This document shows positions 32,824-43,468 of a DNA stretch of 64,000 nucleotides, in pieces (position 1 is the stretch's first letter; each line of letters begins with the position of its first letter). A program made the position numbers and the translations under genes. Source of the stretch: a virus (lineage: Duplodnaviria; Heunggongvirae; Uroviricota; Caudoviricetes); IMG/VR virus record IMGVR_UViG_3300017963_000216, positions 33,863 through 97,862 of that record; one strand, 5' to 3'. The notes beneath the pieces were generated by a model. That model did not search any database. It was not told the DNA's origin and saw nothing but the letters and a program-made list of their open reading frames with translations.

Positions 32824-35800
32824 CTATACCTCGTAGATGGGATCGTTAGGCTCTGCCCCGGTCGTTCCACTTGGTCGCTTGTATTCCGCGATTGGAGTGG
32901 TCCCGTCGTTAGCAGGCTCGGCATCCCCGATGTCTTCGCAGTCGTCGCTATCCTGCTCACCATTGGAGGCCACGATTTGAAGTGCGCGAGTCTCGTTGCA
33001 CTCCCACCAGCCGTTAGATCTCGCACCGTAGTCCTGGTGAGTTCTCGCCTGAAACGCGTGAGCACCACCAGCACTGCCGAACGAGTGGCACACATTCCAG
33101 ATCGGGCCGAAGCACGAGGGGCAACCACCTTTGCAGACACATGGGCCTCCGCAGGTTCCGTCCTTGGTAGCACCACCGAGAGCGGTAGCTTGACCCTGAG
33201 CCGCACTTGTGTGCCAAGTGATGGTTACCTTGTAATTGCAACCGTCGCCAGACCCGCATTCTTTTTCGCCAGTCTCTGCCTTGCTGCTGGTGTTTGCGTT
33301 GCCGACAGGCGAGCCACCAGAGACAGCACTCTCGATGTTCTGACGTGCCGCCGAAGTGGCGATGTCGCGAACGGCGAGGATAGGATCTGGCTCGTTGAAG
33401 TTCACGTAGTCAGACACTTCGCAGAAAGGCACCTGGAGGTAATCGTCCAGGTCGCTCGGGTGCAAGTCGCCGGACGAGATGATCAGCTGATCGTCCCGGT
33501 GCGACCCACCAAGCAGGATGTGACCTTCCGGAGGCTCAACTGTGAAGTTGTAACCGCCACCACCATTGGTGTCCCCTGGGAGGGGCCACACGGCGGTCTG
33601 TGACTTCAGAGCGGGCCACGCCCACTGATACTCTTCGGTCTCACCCACTCGTACTGGCGTCCAGCACGAGAGCTTGACCTTGTTGTCGTCAGGGTCGATT
33701 GTGAGCTTCTCGATGACCACCTTCACGGCGGGACCGAACTGAGCCACATCCAACGTGACACAGTCGCCCACGTCCAGGTCCATGTGCTTAATCGGCAGCT
33801 CGAACTCCACCATCTTCCACGAGCACGCCTTGCGGATCAACCAGAAGGTGGCCGACTTCAGAACGTTGTCGTAGATGTTGTACCAGTGGTAGTCTGTGCT
33901 CAGGATGTTTGTCCCGTATTTGCTGACGTTGTACTTCAGGATGATTTTCTCTTCCACCCTGTCCTGGTCGGTGAGCGTAGCACCAGCCTTCTGCCATACG
34001 CAGTCGTGTGTGGTGTAGATGTCGTTTGTGTCACTGAGCGATTCCACGAACGTTTCGTGTAAGATGTCCGACTCGGTCAGTGTCCGCTCACTCGCAGGCT
34101 CAGTGGACAGGTACTTGATGTACACAACGTTGTTGCGATAGTACACTGCGCACCGGGACTGATACGCGAGGTCGTTAATGATGTCGAATACGTCTGGACG
34201 TTCCAATACGGCTCGATTCGCGGGGTACTTCGCCAGGGCGGCTTTAACCGACGCGAAGCTGGCCGAGTCGATGGTCATGTTGGTGTACTTGCCGATCAAC
34301 CACTCGATGATGTCGCAAGGGTTCGGACCTACGCTGGAAGTGAACGAAACATAGAGCTGCTCGTCCCAGCCATCATCGTACAGTCCGAGGGCTTTGTTCA
34401 GGCCAATCTCAACGACCTGATAGCCTTGGTAGTCAGTTTCATAGACGGTGTAGTAATCAGAGGGCACCTCAGTCAGGTACTTGATGCCATTGCTGGCAGT
34501 TCGGTACGCCGCGACGCCGTCCACCGTGCCTGGGAGCAGGCTGACGATGTACAGGATCTCTGACTCCGACTCCATGTAGACTTCGCTGCCTGAAGGAGCC
34601 CAGAAGAAGTCGTTTGCTCGCAAGGCGTCGTAATATGCCCACGAGTCCTTAGGCCCGCCAACCATCCCTGGGACGGCCACGAATGCGGCTTCGCACGAAT
34701 CAAATGCCTGTTGTTGGTTTTGGTTTGCCCAGAAGCTGGCACCTTGGTTCGCAGGAACCCACGTGGCCTGTTGCAGACCACTACCGGGCGCGCCACCGTG
34801 CGACACCAGCCAGTAACCGCCAGTGTTGGCCGTCTCGTCGCCTATCTGGGCGTAGCCGAGCAACATACCGTAGGTGACTTCCACCGGGACTCGCACGCAA
34901 GGCTGATGAGCCCAAGTGTTGTAGTCTGGGTGGAGCCTGTTTGATATTGCGAACGAGTTGGCGCTGAAGACACCAGTGAAGATGGCTCCGTTCACATAAA
35001 TCTCTACACTCTGGTTTTGCGGGAAGCTGATACCGTTGTAGATGTTCATCGTGGTGTGCTGGTAGGCCAACTGCTGATTCAACATGTCTCGGAGCTGGCA
35101 CAGCTCGCCGAAGCGTCGGTTCACGCACTCAAGGTCAGGACCAAAGGTCTCTTCCTCGGTGGTCGTGTAAACGTTGTTTCCGGATCGCAAGATTGTTTGC
35201 TGGGTGCCGGTGGAAACTGAAGGGCACTGAATCTGCAACGCTTGACAGATTCGCTCGTCGAGTGTGAAGTCGATGATGCCCTCACCGCTCTGAAGAATAC
35301 CTCGGCGTGGCGCGCGTACCTTGACGGCGGGCAGGTGGCAAACCTGACCAAATACGAGCGGCCACGCCTTTCCCAGCGCCTCGTCTGGGATGTTCGGGAA
35401 GTCGCCCTCTTCCATGCTGAACCCAACTTCCACTTCCTCCAACTTGGAAAGGATGTTGAAGCTCATGGTCCGCTGCGACTCGGCCCACTGCATCGGCGTG
35501 ACGATCTCGCCCTGGAACACCAGGATCTTGTCGTCAAGAGGCAGGCCCTTCGGCAGCATGTACACACTGGCGGGACGTTTGTGAATGTCATAGCTGTTGT
35601 ACAGGGATCGCAAGTGGCCGTCGATGTCGTCGAGGGTGACGGAGAGATCTTGCGAGTCTCCGGAACCGGACAACATCATGGAACCGTCGAACCCACCCAT
35701 CTCGACGATGACTGGGCTGACGTTTTCCAGGACGCCTCTTTGGTCAGTGTATCGCAGGACGGTTCCTTCCACCCACTCCACCTCTAAGATGACCATCCAC

Positions 35801-35856
35801 TCGCTACCAAGGCGTTGGTCTAAAACTGCTTGTGCATTTGCCGTTACACTTCTCAT
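32824..35856 (-). CDS. large tail tip / host-specificity (J-like) protein with Gly/Cys-rich C-terminus
   Basis: 1010 aa at the distal end of the tail module; C-terminal GTCGGPCVCKGGCPSCFGP cluster. Confidence 0.55.
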   Translation of the reverse strand: MRSVTANAQAVLDQRLGSEWMVILEVEWVEGTVLRYTDQRGVLENVSPVIVEMGGFDGSMMLSGSGDSQDLSVTLDDIDGHLRSLYNSYDIHKRPASVYMLPKGLPLDDKILVFQGEIVTPMQWAESQRTMSFNILSKLEEVEVGFSMEEGDFPNIPDEALGKAWPLVFGQVCHLPAVKVRAPRRGILQSGEGIIDFTLDERICQALQIQCPSVSTGTQQTILRSGNNVYTTTEEETFGPDLECVNRRFGELCQLRDMLNQQLAYQHTTMNIYNGISFPQNQSVEIYVNGAIFTGVFSANSFAISNRLHPDYNTWAHQPCVRVPVEVTYGMLLGYAQIGDETANTGGYWLVSHGGAPGSGLQQATWVPANQGASFWANQNQQQAFDSCEAAFVAVPGMVGGPKDSWAYYDALRANDFFWAPSGSEVYMESESEILYIVSLLPGTVDGVAAYRTASNGIKYLTEVPSDYYTVYETDYQGYQVVEIGLNKALGLYDDGWDEQLYVSFTSSVGPNPCDIIEWLIGKYTNMTIDSASFASVKAALAKYPANRAVLERPDVFDIINDLAYQSRCAVYYRNNVVYIKYLSTEPASERTLTESDILHETFVESLSDTNDIYTTHDCVWQKAGATLTDQDRVEEKIILKYNVSKYGTNILSTDYHWYNIYDNVLKSATFWLIRKACSWKMVEFELPIKHMDLDVGDCVTLDVAQFGPAVKVVIEKLTIDPDDNKVKLSCWTPVRVGETEEYQWAWPALKSQTAVWPLPGDTNGGGGYNFTVEPPEGHILLGGSHRDDQLIISSGDLHPSDLDDYLQVPFCEVSDYVNFNEPDPILAVRDIATSAARQNIESAVSGGSPVGNANTSSKAETGEKECGSGDGCNYKVTITWHTSAAQGQATALGGATKDGTCGGPCVCKGGCPSCFGPIWNVCHSFGSAGGAHAFQARTHQDYGARSNGWWECNETRALQIVASNGEQDSDDCEDIGDAEPANDGTTPIAEYKRPSGTTGAEPNDPIYEV

Positions 35857-36242
35857 GATTTTTCCTCAAACTCTATAATGATTGTCATGGTCTCGCCACC
35901 GGGCCAGCCGTCACCTGCCCTGCCGGAACCTGCGAACTCAAACGGGTTACTCATAAAGTACCCGATCCATTCGTCGCCATCATGGTCTATGACCTGAATG
36001 GTCTTGCCGATGTATGACGTGATGAACGCCCGCAGCTCTAGAGCCTTATTGCGAGCGATGTTGAATTGCCAGTTGAACTTCCTGCGCCCGTCGCGCGACT
36101 GGACGTATGTGTAAAGCGTGCCGTCCATGGTTCGCATTGTGGACACTGTTCCTGTCAGTGCCTTTGAATCTCCCCACTCGGGGCTGGGCAGCAGGGTGGT
36201 CGTCCGCACTGCCGGGTACGGTGCCTTCAGGATGAAACTCAT
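35853..36242 (-). CDS. minor tail protein
   Basis: 129-aa ORF within the tail module, ATGA-coupled. Confidence 0.45.
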   Translation of the reverse strand: MSFILKAPYPAVRTTTLLPSPEWGDSKALTGTVSTMRTMDGTLYTYVQSRDGRRKFNWQFNIARNKALELRAFITSYIGKTIQVIDHDGDEWIGYFMSNPFEFAGSGRAGDGWPGGETMTIIIEFEEKS

Positions 36243-37630
36243 ACTATAACTCCTACCGCCTCGTCTTCAAGTACCATCTCGTCGCGGAACCACTTCGTGA
36301 CTTCTATGGCAACCTCGTCGGTGAGGTCCATCGCCATTCCGTTACCATCGTCGTTGCCGGGCTGCTCGACGTCGAGCATCTCGCCCTCGAACTCCAGGCT
36401 GATGGTCCACTTGTCTCTGCCGTCCTGAGTGGCGACTTCCTGCGGGTTGGTGACCACACCTTCCCAGAGCCTGCCTTCCCAGTCCGTTAGTCCCACGGCC
36501 TGTCCGAGGGTGCTCTGTAGGAACGTGTGCAGCTCGTCCACCTGGGTCTCGGTCAGACCTACCAGTGTGAGGGCCAGAGTGCGTTGCTGAGGCCAGTCGG
36601 GGTCGGCGTAGACTGAGAGGTGCCCGCCCCGCGTCTCGCGTTGTACGCGGCTGTAGGCGTTCCTGTCGCGGTTGTCCAGCTCAGGGGCTCGGAGCACGAC
36701 TTCGTCGGTCTTCACACCGAGTGGAGGCTGGTACAGGGCGAACCGGTCTGAGATCGAGCCTTGTGGCTCTTGCAGCTCGTTCGGAGGGGCGACCACGTCG
36801 GTAGGGATCGTATTCTCGCCCTGGAACGGCGTGTACTGCTTCCTGCCGCAGGGAGTGTCCTCGAACCACGTCAAGGCGTGCCCGATGCCCAGATCGTGGG
36901 CAACTGCTCGGATGTACAGCCCTTGCAACTCGAAATCGTCGACTATGTTCAGGGTGTTGCTGACCTCGATGTGGTAACCCCACTCAACGGTCTGTGTGAG
37001 GTTCAAAGTGTCCCACACCTTGCCGATGGGCGAGTCGTGCACGAAGTTGATTGTATGGGTCACATGTTGGGTCGGAAGCGGGATGCGGGCGTCGTCAACA
37101 AACCCGATAACGTCGTCAACCCACATGCGGTAAGGCGTGCTGGTCTTGGACGACAGCCCCAGGAAGTGATACACACGTTGAACTGGTAGCGGGCCAGAAT
37201 ACTCGACTGAGTCGGACAGTCCCAAGGTGTGGCTGACGGCCAAGGCCGACAGCGTGGTTACGGACTGCGTCAGGTTCAGGGTGTTGCCAGCAACGTTGCG
37301 GTCGCCGATGTAGTTGAAGTAGATTAGAACATCATTCAGGCTCAGCGTACTGGTGACAGTACCTTCCCGCGTACGACCGCCGAGGGACACGAAGTTGATG
37401 GCTTGCGAGATGCCAACCGGTATATCTCTGGCGGCAGACGCCTCCTGCACGAACGACAGAGTGTTCGAGGGCGTACGGACAAGCAAAGGCTCATACTCAG
37501 CCACCTGGACGAAGGACAGCGTGTTGTTGACAGACTGATCCAGTACGGGCGTGCTACTACCCTGCACACCCAAGACCATGTCGTTGGCCAGGGTGGAGTT
37601 GGCGGTTCCTAGTTGTGATTGCTTTGCCAT
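36239..37630 (-). CDS. minor tail protein with internal NTLxxxQ repeats
   Basis: Repeats NTLSFVQ, NTLSFVQ, NTLNLTQSV, DTLNLTQTV, NTLNIVD; acidic C-terminus. Confidence 0.5.
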   Translation of the reverse strand: MAKQSQLGTANSTLANDMVLGVQGSSTPVLDQSVNNTLSFVQVAEYEPLLVRTPSNTLSFVQEASAARDIPVGISQAINFVSLGGRTREGTVTSTLSLNDVLIYFNYIGDRNVAGNTLNLTQSVTTLSALAVSHTLGLSDSVEYSGPLPVQRVYHFLGLSSKTSTPYRMWVDDVIGFVDDARIPLPTQHVTHTINFVHDSPIGKVWDTLNLTQTVEWGYHIEVSNTLNIVDDFELQGLYIRAVAHDLGIGHALTWFEDTPCGRKQYTPFQGENTIPTDVVAPPNELQEPQGSISDRFALYQPPLGVKTDEVVLRAPELDNRDRNAYSRVQRETRGGHLSVYADPDWPQQRTLALTLVGLTETQVDELHTFLQSTLGQAVGLTDWEGRLWEGVVTNPQEVATQDGRDKWTISLEFEGEMLDVEQPGNDDGNGMAMDLTDEVAIEVTKWFRDEMVLEDEAVGVIV

Positions 37631-37640
37631 AGTGTCCTCG

Positions 37641-38516
37641 TTATGTCACCAACCACGCATCGAGATTAAACAGCTCGCCGTCAGTTTGATGGTTGGAGTA
37701 ATAGAAGCCGATTTGATCCGGCCCGTTCACGTTGAGCCAAGCCCCTTTGCTAAGGGACGACGCCATCTGAAGCCAGTTCTCGCCGTCGATGCTGACGAAA
37801 GGCTGGATGGTGACACCATTGTTCACCCACCTCATCCACGCGCCAGTAGGAAGGATCTCAAGGTCGTGGTCTGCGGCAGAGTTTGCCCAGTTGGTCTCGC
37901 TGTTCCACCGCCACCAGCTGAAGCCCGACCAGAGTCGAGCGGACAGAGTCTCCCACCGGGTGCTGCCTGAGTCACCGAGGATCAGACCGCCGTGCGACCC
38001 AGATACTCCGTTCTCAGAAGTCGGAGGCAGTTTGACCTTGGCAGTGAGAGTCCACGGCTCAGATGGGGCCGAGATGTAAGCGATTCGCATAGAGTGCGAT
38101 GCTGCGTTCTGGGTTTGCAACGTGATGCCGCCCCAGGTGTTCTGTATCAGCGAGGAGGTGCCTTGGTTGGCCCATGAGAAGTTCGCGGTGTTAACCGTGA
38201 GGCTGTTCGGGTTGGCCCCGCAGTTGAACCCTGCATCACACTTGATCTTGTCCATAGCAGTCTTGGTGGCACCGGTTGTGACGGCCACTGCGCTGTCGTG
38301 CGAAGCGCCTGTGCTGCCGTCCACCCCTCGCACCACAGTCACGCTGTTACCTGTGCGGTGAGTGGCCAACATGATCTCGGCGTCACAGAAAAGATTGAAG
38401 TCTCCCTCGGCTGGAAGGGCAGAAGCCCCAAGAACGTCGAGAGTGGTGTTGGTTGCGTTGATGCTGGTGCCGACCGTCAGGCCAGAGATGGCGTTTAGAA
38501 ATCGTGTTCGTCTCAT
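37641..38516 (-). CDS. minor tail / fibre-like protein (paralog of 38513..39409)
   Basis: LPAEGDFNLFCDAEIMLATHRTGNSVTVVRGVDGSTGASH aligns with its neighbour; N-X-S/T rich. Confidence 0.5.
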   Translation of the reverse strand: MRRTRFLNAISGLTVGTSINATNTTLDVLGASALPAEGDFNLFCDAEIMLATHRTGNSVTVVRGVDGSTGASHDSAVAVTTGATKTAMDKIKCDAGFNCGANPNSLTVNTANFSWANQGTSSLIQNTWGGITLQTQNAASHSMRIAYISAPSEPWTLTAKVKLPPTSENGVSGSHGGLILGDSGSTRWETLSARLWSGFSWWRWNSETNWANSAADHDLEILPTGAWMRWVNNGVTIQPFVSIDGENWLQMASSLSKGAWLNVNGPDQIGFYYSNHQTDGELFNLDAWLVT

Positions 38517-39409
38517 TCGACTATCCAGGATTGAATGTGATAAGGCTGCAAGAGTCCGCCGCCATCGCTGTTACACAGGAAGCCGATCTCGTCTGGTCCC
38601 GCACTCGTCATGAAGGTTCCGCGAGCATAATTGGCCGTCTCGAACCAGTTGATGCCGTCAGCGGAACAGCGGAAGTACAGGTTAGTAGTGTCGTCCTCGA
38701 TCTGCATCCAGGTCCGGTCACTGGAGAAGTCCTGGATGGCCTGCTGCGAGTTATAGCTGGTGGGGCTGTTGTAGCGACGTGTCAGGAACGATCCGCCGAT
38801 GCGAGCCTCGATGACACAGAGCTTACCCGTATCTGACTCGCGCACCAGCAGGGACATGTAACTGCTGCTCGCCCCGCCGCCATTGTTGTAGCCAGGGCCG
38901 AACAGGAAGTGGGCGGTCATCGTCCACGCGCCAGATGGTGCGCTTCGTTTGAGAATCCGCATGTTGTCGCCGGACAACGTGTTCGTTGTCATGGTGATAC
39001 CACCCCATGAGTCGTCGATGACCGTGGCGGTGCCCTGGTTGACCCAGGTGAAGTTGGATGATGTGAGTGTGTTGCCGTCCTCGTCGAGGATGCGGTATGG
39101 GTAGCGGTCGCTGTAGCCAGCGGAGGAGTCGTCCATGTACTGGTCGATAGCTCCACCGGTCAGGACGGCCTGGATGGTTGTGAGGTCGGTGTGGGAGGCA
39201 CCAGTGGTTCCGTCCACGCCTCGTTCGACTGTTAGTGTGTTGGTGGTGTTGTCGGACACCAGGACAACCTCGCTGTCGATCAGCAGTCGGTAGTCGCCCT
39301 CAGCCGGGAAGACCGAGCCGTCTGTCACGACGATACTGGTGGTTGTCGCGTTCACGGTCCCGTTGATCGTGGTCTCTGCGTCGTTGACAAATTGTTCTCG
39401 TCTTACCAT
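38513..39409 (-). CDS. minor tail / fibre-like protein (paralog of 37641..38516)
   Basis: FPAEGDYRLLIDSEVVLVSDNTTNTLTVERGVDGTTGASH; tandem duplication with the previous gene. Confidence 0.5.
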   Translation of the reverse strand: MVRREQFVNDAETTINGTVNATTTSIVVTDGSVFPAEGDYRLLIDSEVVLVSDNTTNTLTVERGVDGTTGASHTDLTTIQAVLTGGAIDQYMDDSSAGYSDRYPYRILDEDGNTLTSSNFTWVNQGTATVIDDSWGGITMTTNTLSGDNMRILKRSAPSGAWTMTAHFLFGPGYNNGGGASSSYMSLLVRESDTGKLCVIEARIGGSFLTRRYNSPTSYNSQQAIQDFSSDRTWMQIEDDTTNLYFRCSADGINWFETANYARGTFMTSAGPDEIGFLCNSDGGGLLQPYHIQSWIVE

Positions 39410-39475
39410 GATAATCTCCGAAGGTAAAAGATGGGGAGCACCGAAGTGCTCCCCATTCCCCCTTTAATAACTTGC

Positions 39476-39988
39476 TCAGCCACTCACCGTGTAGGTGACC
39501 TTCAGCGTGTCGCCATTCGACGTCGCAACGACAGCCGAGAAAGCAGCCGTGCTCCACAGCGTGCCCGTGTTGCCAGTCGACTTCACGTTGTTGCTGGAGA
39601 TGAAGATGCCCTTCAGGTTGCCCGTGGCATTGATGCTGAAGTCGGCGGTCGTGGAGTTGCTGATAGCGCGTGTTGCGGCAGCGTCTTCGTCCCACTCGAC
39701 TCGGTTGGACTCGGTGTAGCTGGTGGATTCGGCCCAGCCAGCGTGACTCGACAGAGTGTCGGCGTCCGCGAATGCGGTCCAGCCACTGTTGTCGACAAGA
39801 CCGATGTACCAAGTACCGACCTGCGTGGTGCCGTGGAACTGCGTGTCCAGGATGTGATTGAGACCTTCGTCCACGATACCGTTCGGGAACTCGTACGTGT
39901 CGATAAGGTTGTCTTCGACGTCCCTGTGCTCGACCACGAAACGGCCCTTGAGTTTTGCGATCTGTGATTGCTTCATTGTAATCTCCAA
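39476..39988 (-). CDS. minor tail protein
   Basis: 170-aa ORF immediately downstream of the tape measure gene. Confidence 0.45.
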   Translation of the reverse strand: MEITMKQSQIAKLKGRFVVEHRDVEDNLIDTYEFPNGIVDEGLNHILDTQFHGTTQVGTWYIGLVDNSGWTAFADADTLSSHAGWAESTSYTESNRVEWDEDAAATRAISNSTTADFSINATGNLKGIFISSNNVKSTGNTGTLWSTAAFSAVVATSNGDTLKVTYTVSG

Positions 39989-39994
39989 AGGGGG

Positions 39995-42900
39995 TTAAGA
40001 AAGTTTTAGTGTCCCACGCTTGATCTCTCGACGAAGCGCGTTGCCGATCTCGCGAACCGTTTGTTGCGAAGAATCGCCACCATTTACCGAGACATTAACA
40101 TCACCTACGTTGGTGACTGGGCCTCCCTGTTCTCGGTAAACAGGCTTGGACCCTTGGTTCATTGCATTCAACTCAGAGAAGAAACGACTTGAGTTGCGTG
40201 CGTTTATCACTGTCTCTTTCTTCGACAGCATAGTAGGGATGGTGTCCTGGCCACGTGCCGGGCCGCCGTCCTTGAAGTATCGCATAGGAGCCCCGGTAAA
40301 GACCTGGGCTGTGTCGCCACTACCAGCTGCGGCTCGGGCCACTGCGGCTCGTTCCGCTTCGTCTGCCAGCTTGGCGACGGCGTTCGTCAAAGTGATGACA
40401 CCTCCGACTTGTGCAGCAGCCGTGCTGCCGAGGGAGCCTAGCTGAGTGTTTGCGGCACCGCCTGCCGCTGCAACTTCGCCTGTCTTCTCTTTGACCGTCT
40501 CTACTTTAGTTGCGGTTTCTCCTGTCTTCGAGTTTATCTGGTCTTGGTTTCCAAGGAACCTCTGCTGGAACTCGATGGAGGCTTTTCGGGCCTTTGAATC
40601 CAGCCCCTCTGCTTCCTTCTTTGCTTCGTTTGTTTTCTCCTGTCCAATAAACAATCTCCTTAACGCTTCGCCTCCAGCGTTGAACTCGGCCTGTGAGATC
40701 GCACCACTCTTGAGAGCGTCGGACAGCGTCTTGGCTGCCTCGTCTCGCTCTGCCTTGGTGATCTCAAGGTTAGCCTTTCGTCTGGCGTTCATTTCGACCA
40801 GAGTATCAGCGATTTTGTAATACTCAGGTGCGGTCTTCCGGATGTTGGCGAACTCTTCCTCGGCCAGTTGCTTTCCTATTTGTCGAAGCGTAACGACTTG
40901 AGATGCCGGATCAGAAGCCTTGTTTATAGCCGCCCCTAATGCGGTGCCCAAAGACTTGATGATTCCCACTTCCTTCTCGCTCACATCTGCGGCTTGAAGG
41001 CGAAGGCCAAGATAGGTCCGCAACCCATTGGCTGCCAACTCGTTCTGGACGCCTGCTTGCTTGAGACCTTTATTTACTTTCGTAGCGGTATCTGTTTGCG
41101 TCTTCTCGACCTGCTGGGCCAGTTCTAGTGCGCGTTGAAGGAACTCTACGCTACTTTCCCCAGGCTGCTTCGTGGCTCCGAAGTCAGCTCCCAGTTCCTC
41201 AAATTGAGGGGTGCCCAACACATTGACTCGGATGTCGTATGTGTCTCGCAGCAGCTCCTGCTGAATGGCGGTGTGGTCAATGATAACGTCGGCGATCTTA
41301 GGCTTCAAGTCTTCAGAGATCAGCTTGTTGAAGGCGTCCATACCCTCGGAAGAGCCCTTGACGATTCCCTCTGCTATACTCTTCTCCATGTCCGTGAACT
41401 TCATGCCCTGGATGTTGGCTTCGACCTTTTCGATCTCTTCCAGCAGTCCAGTCTTGATCTCCGCGTCGTCAGTGGCGGCGAACCGCTCGGCGATGTCATC
41501 CAGATACTCAAGATTGGTCTTCAGCCTCGCTTTGCGGGCATCCAGCTTCGCGTTCAGTTCGGTCGCCTTCTCGACGTTCTGCTTGGAGAAACCGACCTGC
41601 TGCTTCACTGCTTGTACGCGGATATTCTCGATGGAACGCAACTTGCCCAAGGCGCTCAGTTCGTCCTGGTAATGCCCTTGCTTCTTCGCGAACGACAACT
41701 GATCGTTACGGAGGGTTTCCTCCTGATCAGCCAGTCGCATGGCTTGGGCTTTATCCTCATCGGTCCTTATGCCCTTTTGTAGCAGCTGCGTCAACTTGGC
41801 ATGAATCTTCGTCGCCCGAGCATTCATTACCTGCTTGATCTGATTTGCACCACGAGCGTTTTCAATGTCCCTCTTGTATCGCTTCGCAGAGGCGTTCTCT
41901 TCCAGGCTGGCGAGTTCCTTCGATGCTCTGCCTGCAAGCCCTTGCGAGCCCTTCACGAACTTTTCCAAGCCCTTGTTGGCGTCGTCGAACGAAGATAAAA
42001 CCCCACCAGTGAACGACTCGAATACGGCCCCTACCGCGTCAGTTTCGATCTGGGCGAGATCATCATACTTGTTGAGTTTCTGCTGTATCCCAGCCAAGAA
42101 GCTGCGGACTTCGGTCTCGCGCTCGGCGTTACCTTCTTTGTCTTTTGTTAAGACCTTGTCCTGCGCCTCTGCGATCTTCTTATAAGCTTCCTCCTGCTTT
42201 TCTGCGTTGGAGGCGATGACGGCAGAGCCTTCGTTCCACGAGTCTCTTATTTCTCTCGCACCGTCAGAGATGACGCCAATCCAATGCTCGAAAGCGGTGG
42301 CACCGTCCAACAAGACTGGCTGGATCACTTCTCCGATTCTCAGGAGGGCGTTCCAGATCTCTGTGAACTTGATGGTCAGCTGCTGGGCGTCGGTCTTGAC
42401 GAAGGCTTCCCATGCCTTAGTCATGGCATCTGTCTCTTCGGTGATCTCTTCCAAAGTAGAGATGAGATCTTTGCCTTCGTTGGTCATAGTACCCATGACA
42501 CCAACGATGGCGCGGACGCGACGGAAATACTTCGCCATTTCGGTGGAGTTGCCGCCAGTCTCTTTGGACATCTTCTGCAACAGCCCGTGCAGACCGCCGA
42601 ACGCCTTGATGGCGGCGGGACCGTCAGCGACGCCCCACTTACGGAACAACGCGGTCATGTCGTCGGTCGGCTTGATGATCTTCTGCATGATGGCACGCAA
42701 CTGCGTGACTGCGGTGTCTGCCCGCACACCTTGTCGAGTCATCGTTGCGATTGCGGCTGCGGCTTCTTCCCACTTCACGCCCATCTCGGCGGTCAACGGG
42801 GTTACGCGACCGAGGATGTTGGCGATGTCGGCCATTCGCAAACGACCCAATTCAACGGTCTTGAACAAGCTGGCAGATACACGGTCAGCCTCAGATGCGG

Positions 42901-43468
42901 CCAAGCCATAACTGTTCATGACGGATGACAAAGCGTCCACAGCGTCTGAGGTGGCAGAGTGCGTGACGATGGCCAGCTTCTCGGCGGTCTCCAGGAAGCT
43001 AATGGCGTCAGCGGCGTCGACGACTTGGTTCGACAACACTTGGTACAGACCTTCAGCCACGTCCTGGGCACTCTTACCCAGGGCATCCGACAGACGAAGC
43101 ACCGAAGCGGAGATCTCGTCGTTGGTCATGTGAAGGTCGCCGCCGATGGTCTGGATTTCGGCGATGGACAGTCGGAACTCGATTGATTCTTTTGTGGCCT
43201 GCTTGATAGCACTGGTGACGGCCATGAAAGAACGGACGAGCAGCTGCCCAGCGACAAAGCTGCCGATCAGCTTCAGCGAGCTGCCGAGACCGTCGGCGTT
43301 CTTCTTAGCGTTGGCCATCTGCTTGGAGAACGCGTTAGTGTTCTGCTTCGCAGTGTTGTTGAAGCCTTGCATGGCTGTGTTGGCGTTGTTGGTGGCGGCA
43401 GCCAGCTTGTTCAGGGTGGCGATAGCGCCAGAGGCCTCGAAGCCAAGTTTCTGGGTGATTGTCGGCAT
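39995..43468 (-). CDS. tail tape measure protein
   Basis: 1157 aa, Ala/Lys/Glu-rich extended helical composition; lies between the chaperone-like genes and minor tail genes. Confidence 0.8.
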   Translation of the reverse strand: MPTITQKLGFEASGAIATLNKLAAATNNANTAMQGFNNTAKQNTNAFSKQMANAKKNADGLGSSLKLIGSFVAGQLLVRSFMAVTSAIKQATKESIEFRLSIAEIQTIGGDLHMTNDEISASVLRLSDALGKSAQDVAEGLYQVLSNQVVDAADAISFLETAEKLAIVTHSATSDAVDALSSVMNSYGLAASEADRVSASLFKTVELGRLRMADIANILGRVTPLTAEMGVKWEEAAAAIATMTRQGVRADTAVTQLRAIMQKIIKPTDDMTALFRKWGVADGPAAIKAFGGLHGLLQKMSKETGGNSTEMAKYFRRVRAIVGVMGTMTNEGKDLISTLEEITEETDAMTKAWEAFVKTDAQQLTIKFTEIWNALLRIGEVIQPVLLDGATAFEHWIGVISDGAREIRDSWNEGSAVIASNAEKQEEAYKKIAEAQDKVLTKDKEGNAERETEVRSFLAGIQQKLNKYDDLAQIETDAVGAVFESFTGGVLSSFDDANKGLEKFVKGSQGLAGRASKELASLEENASAKRYKRDIENARGANQIKQVMNARATKIHAKLTQLLQKGIRTDEDKAQAMRLADQEETLRNDQLSFAKKQGHYQDELSALGKLRSIENIRVQAVKQQVGFSKQNVEKATELNAKLDARKARLKTNLEYLDDIAERFAATDDAEIKTGLLEEIEKVEANIQGMKFTDMEKSIAEGIVKGSSEGMDAFNKLISEDLKPKIADVIIDHTAIQQELLRDTYDIRVNVLGTPQFEELGADFGATKQPGESSVEFLQRALELAQQVEKTQTDTATKVNKGLKQAGVQNELAANGLRTYLGLRLQAADVSEKEVGIIKSLGTALGAAINKASDPASQVVTLRQIGKQLAEEEFANIRKTAPEYYKIADTLVEMNARRKANLEITKAERDEAAKTLSDALKSGAISQAEFNAGGEALRRLFIGQEKTNEAKKEAEGLDSKARKASIEFQQRFLGNQDQINSKTGETATKVETVKEKTGEVAAAGGAANTQLGSLGSTAAAQVGGVITLTNAVAKLADEAERAAVARAAAGSGDTAQVFTGAPMRYFKDGGPARGQDTIPTMLSKKETVINARNSSRFFSELNAMNQGSKPVYREQGGPVTNVGDVNVSVNGGDSSQQTVREIGNALRREIKRGTLKLS

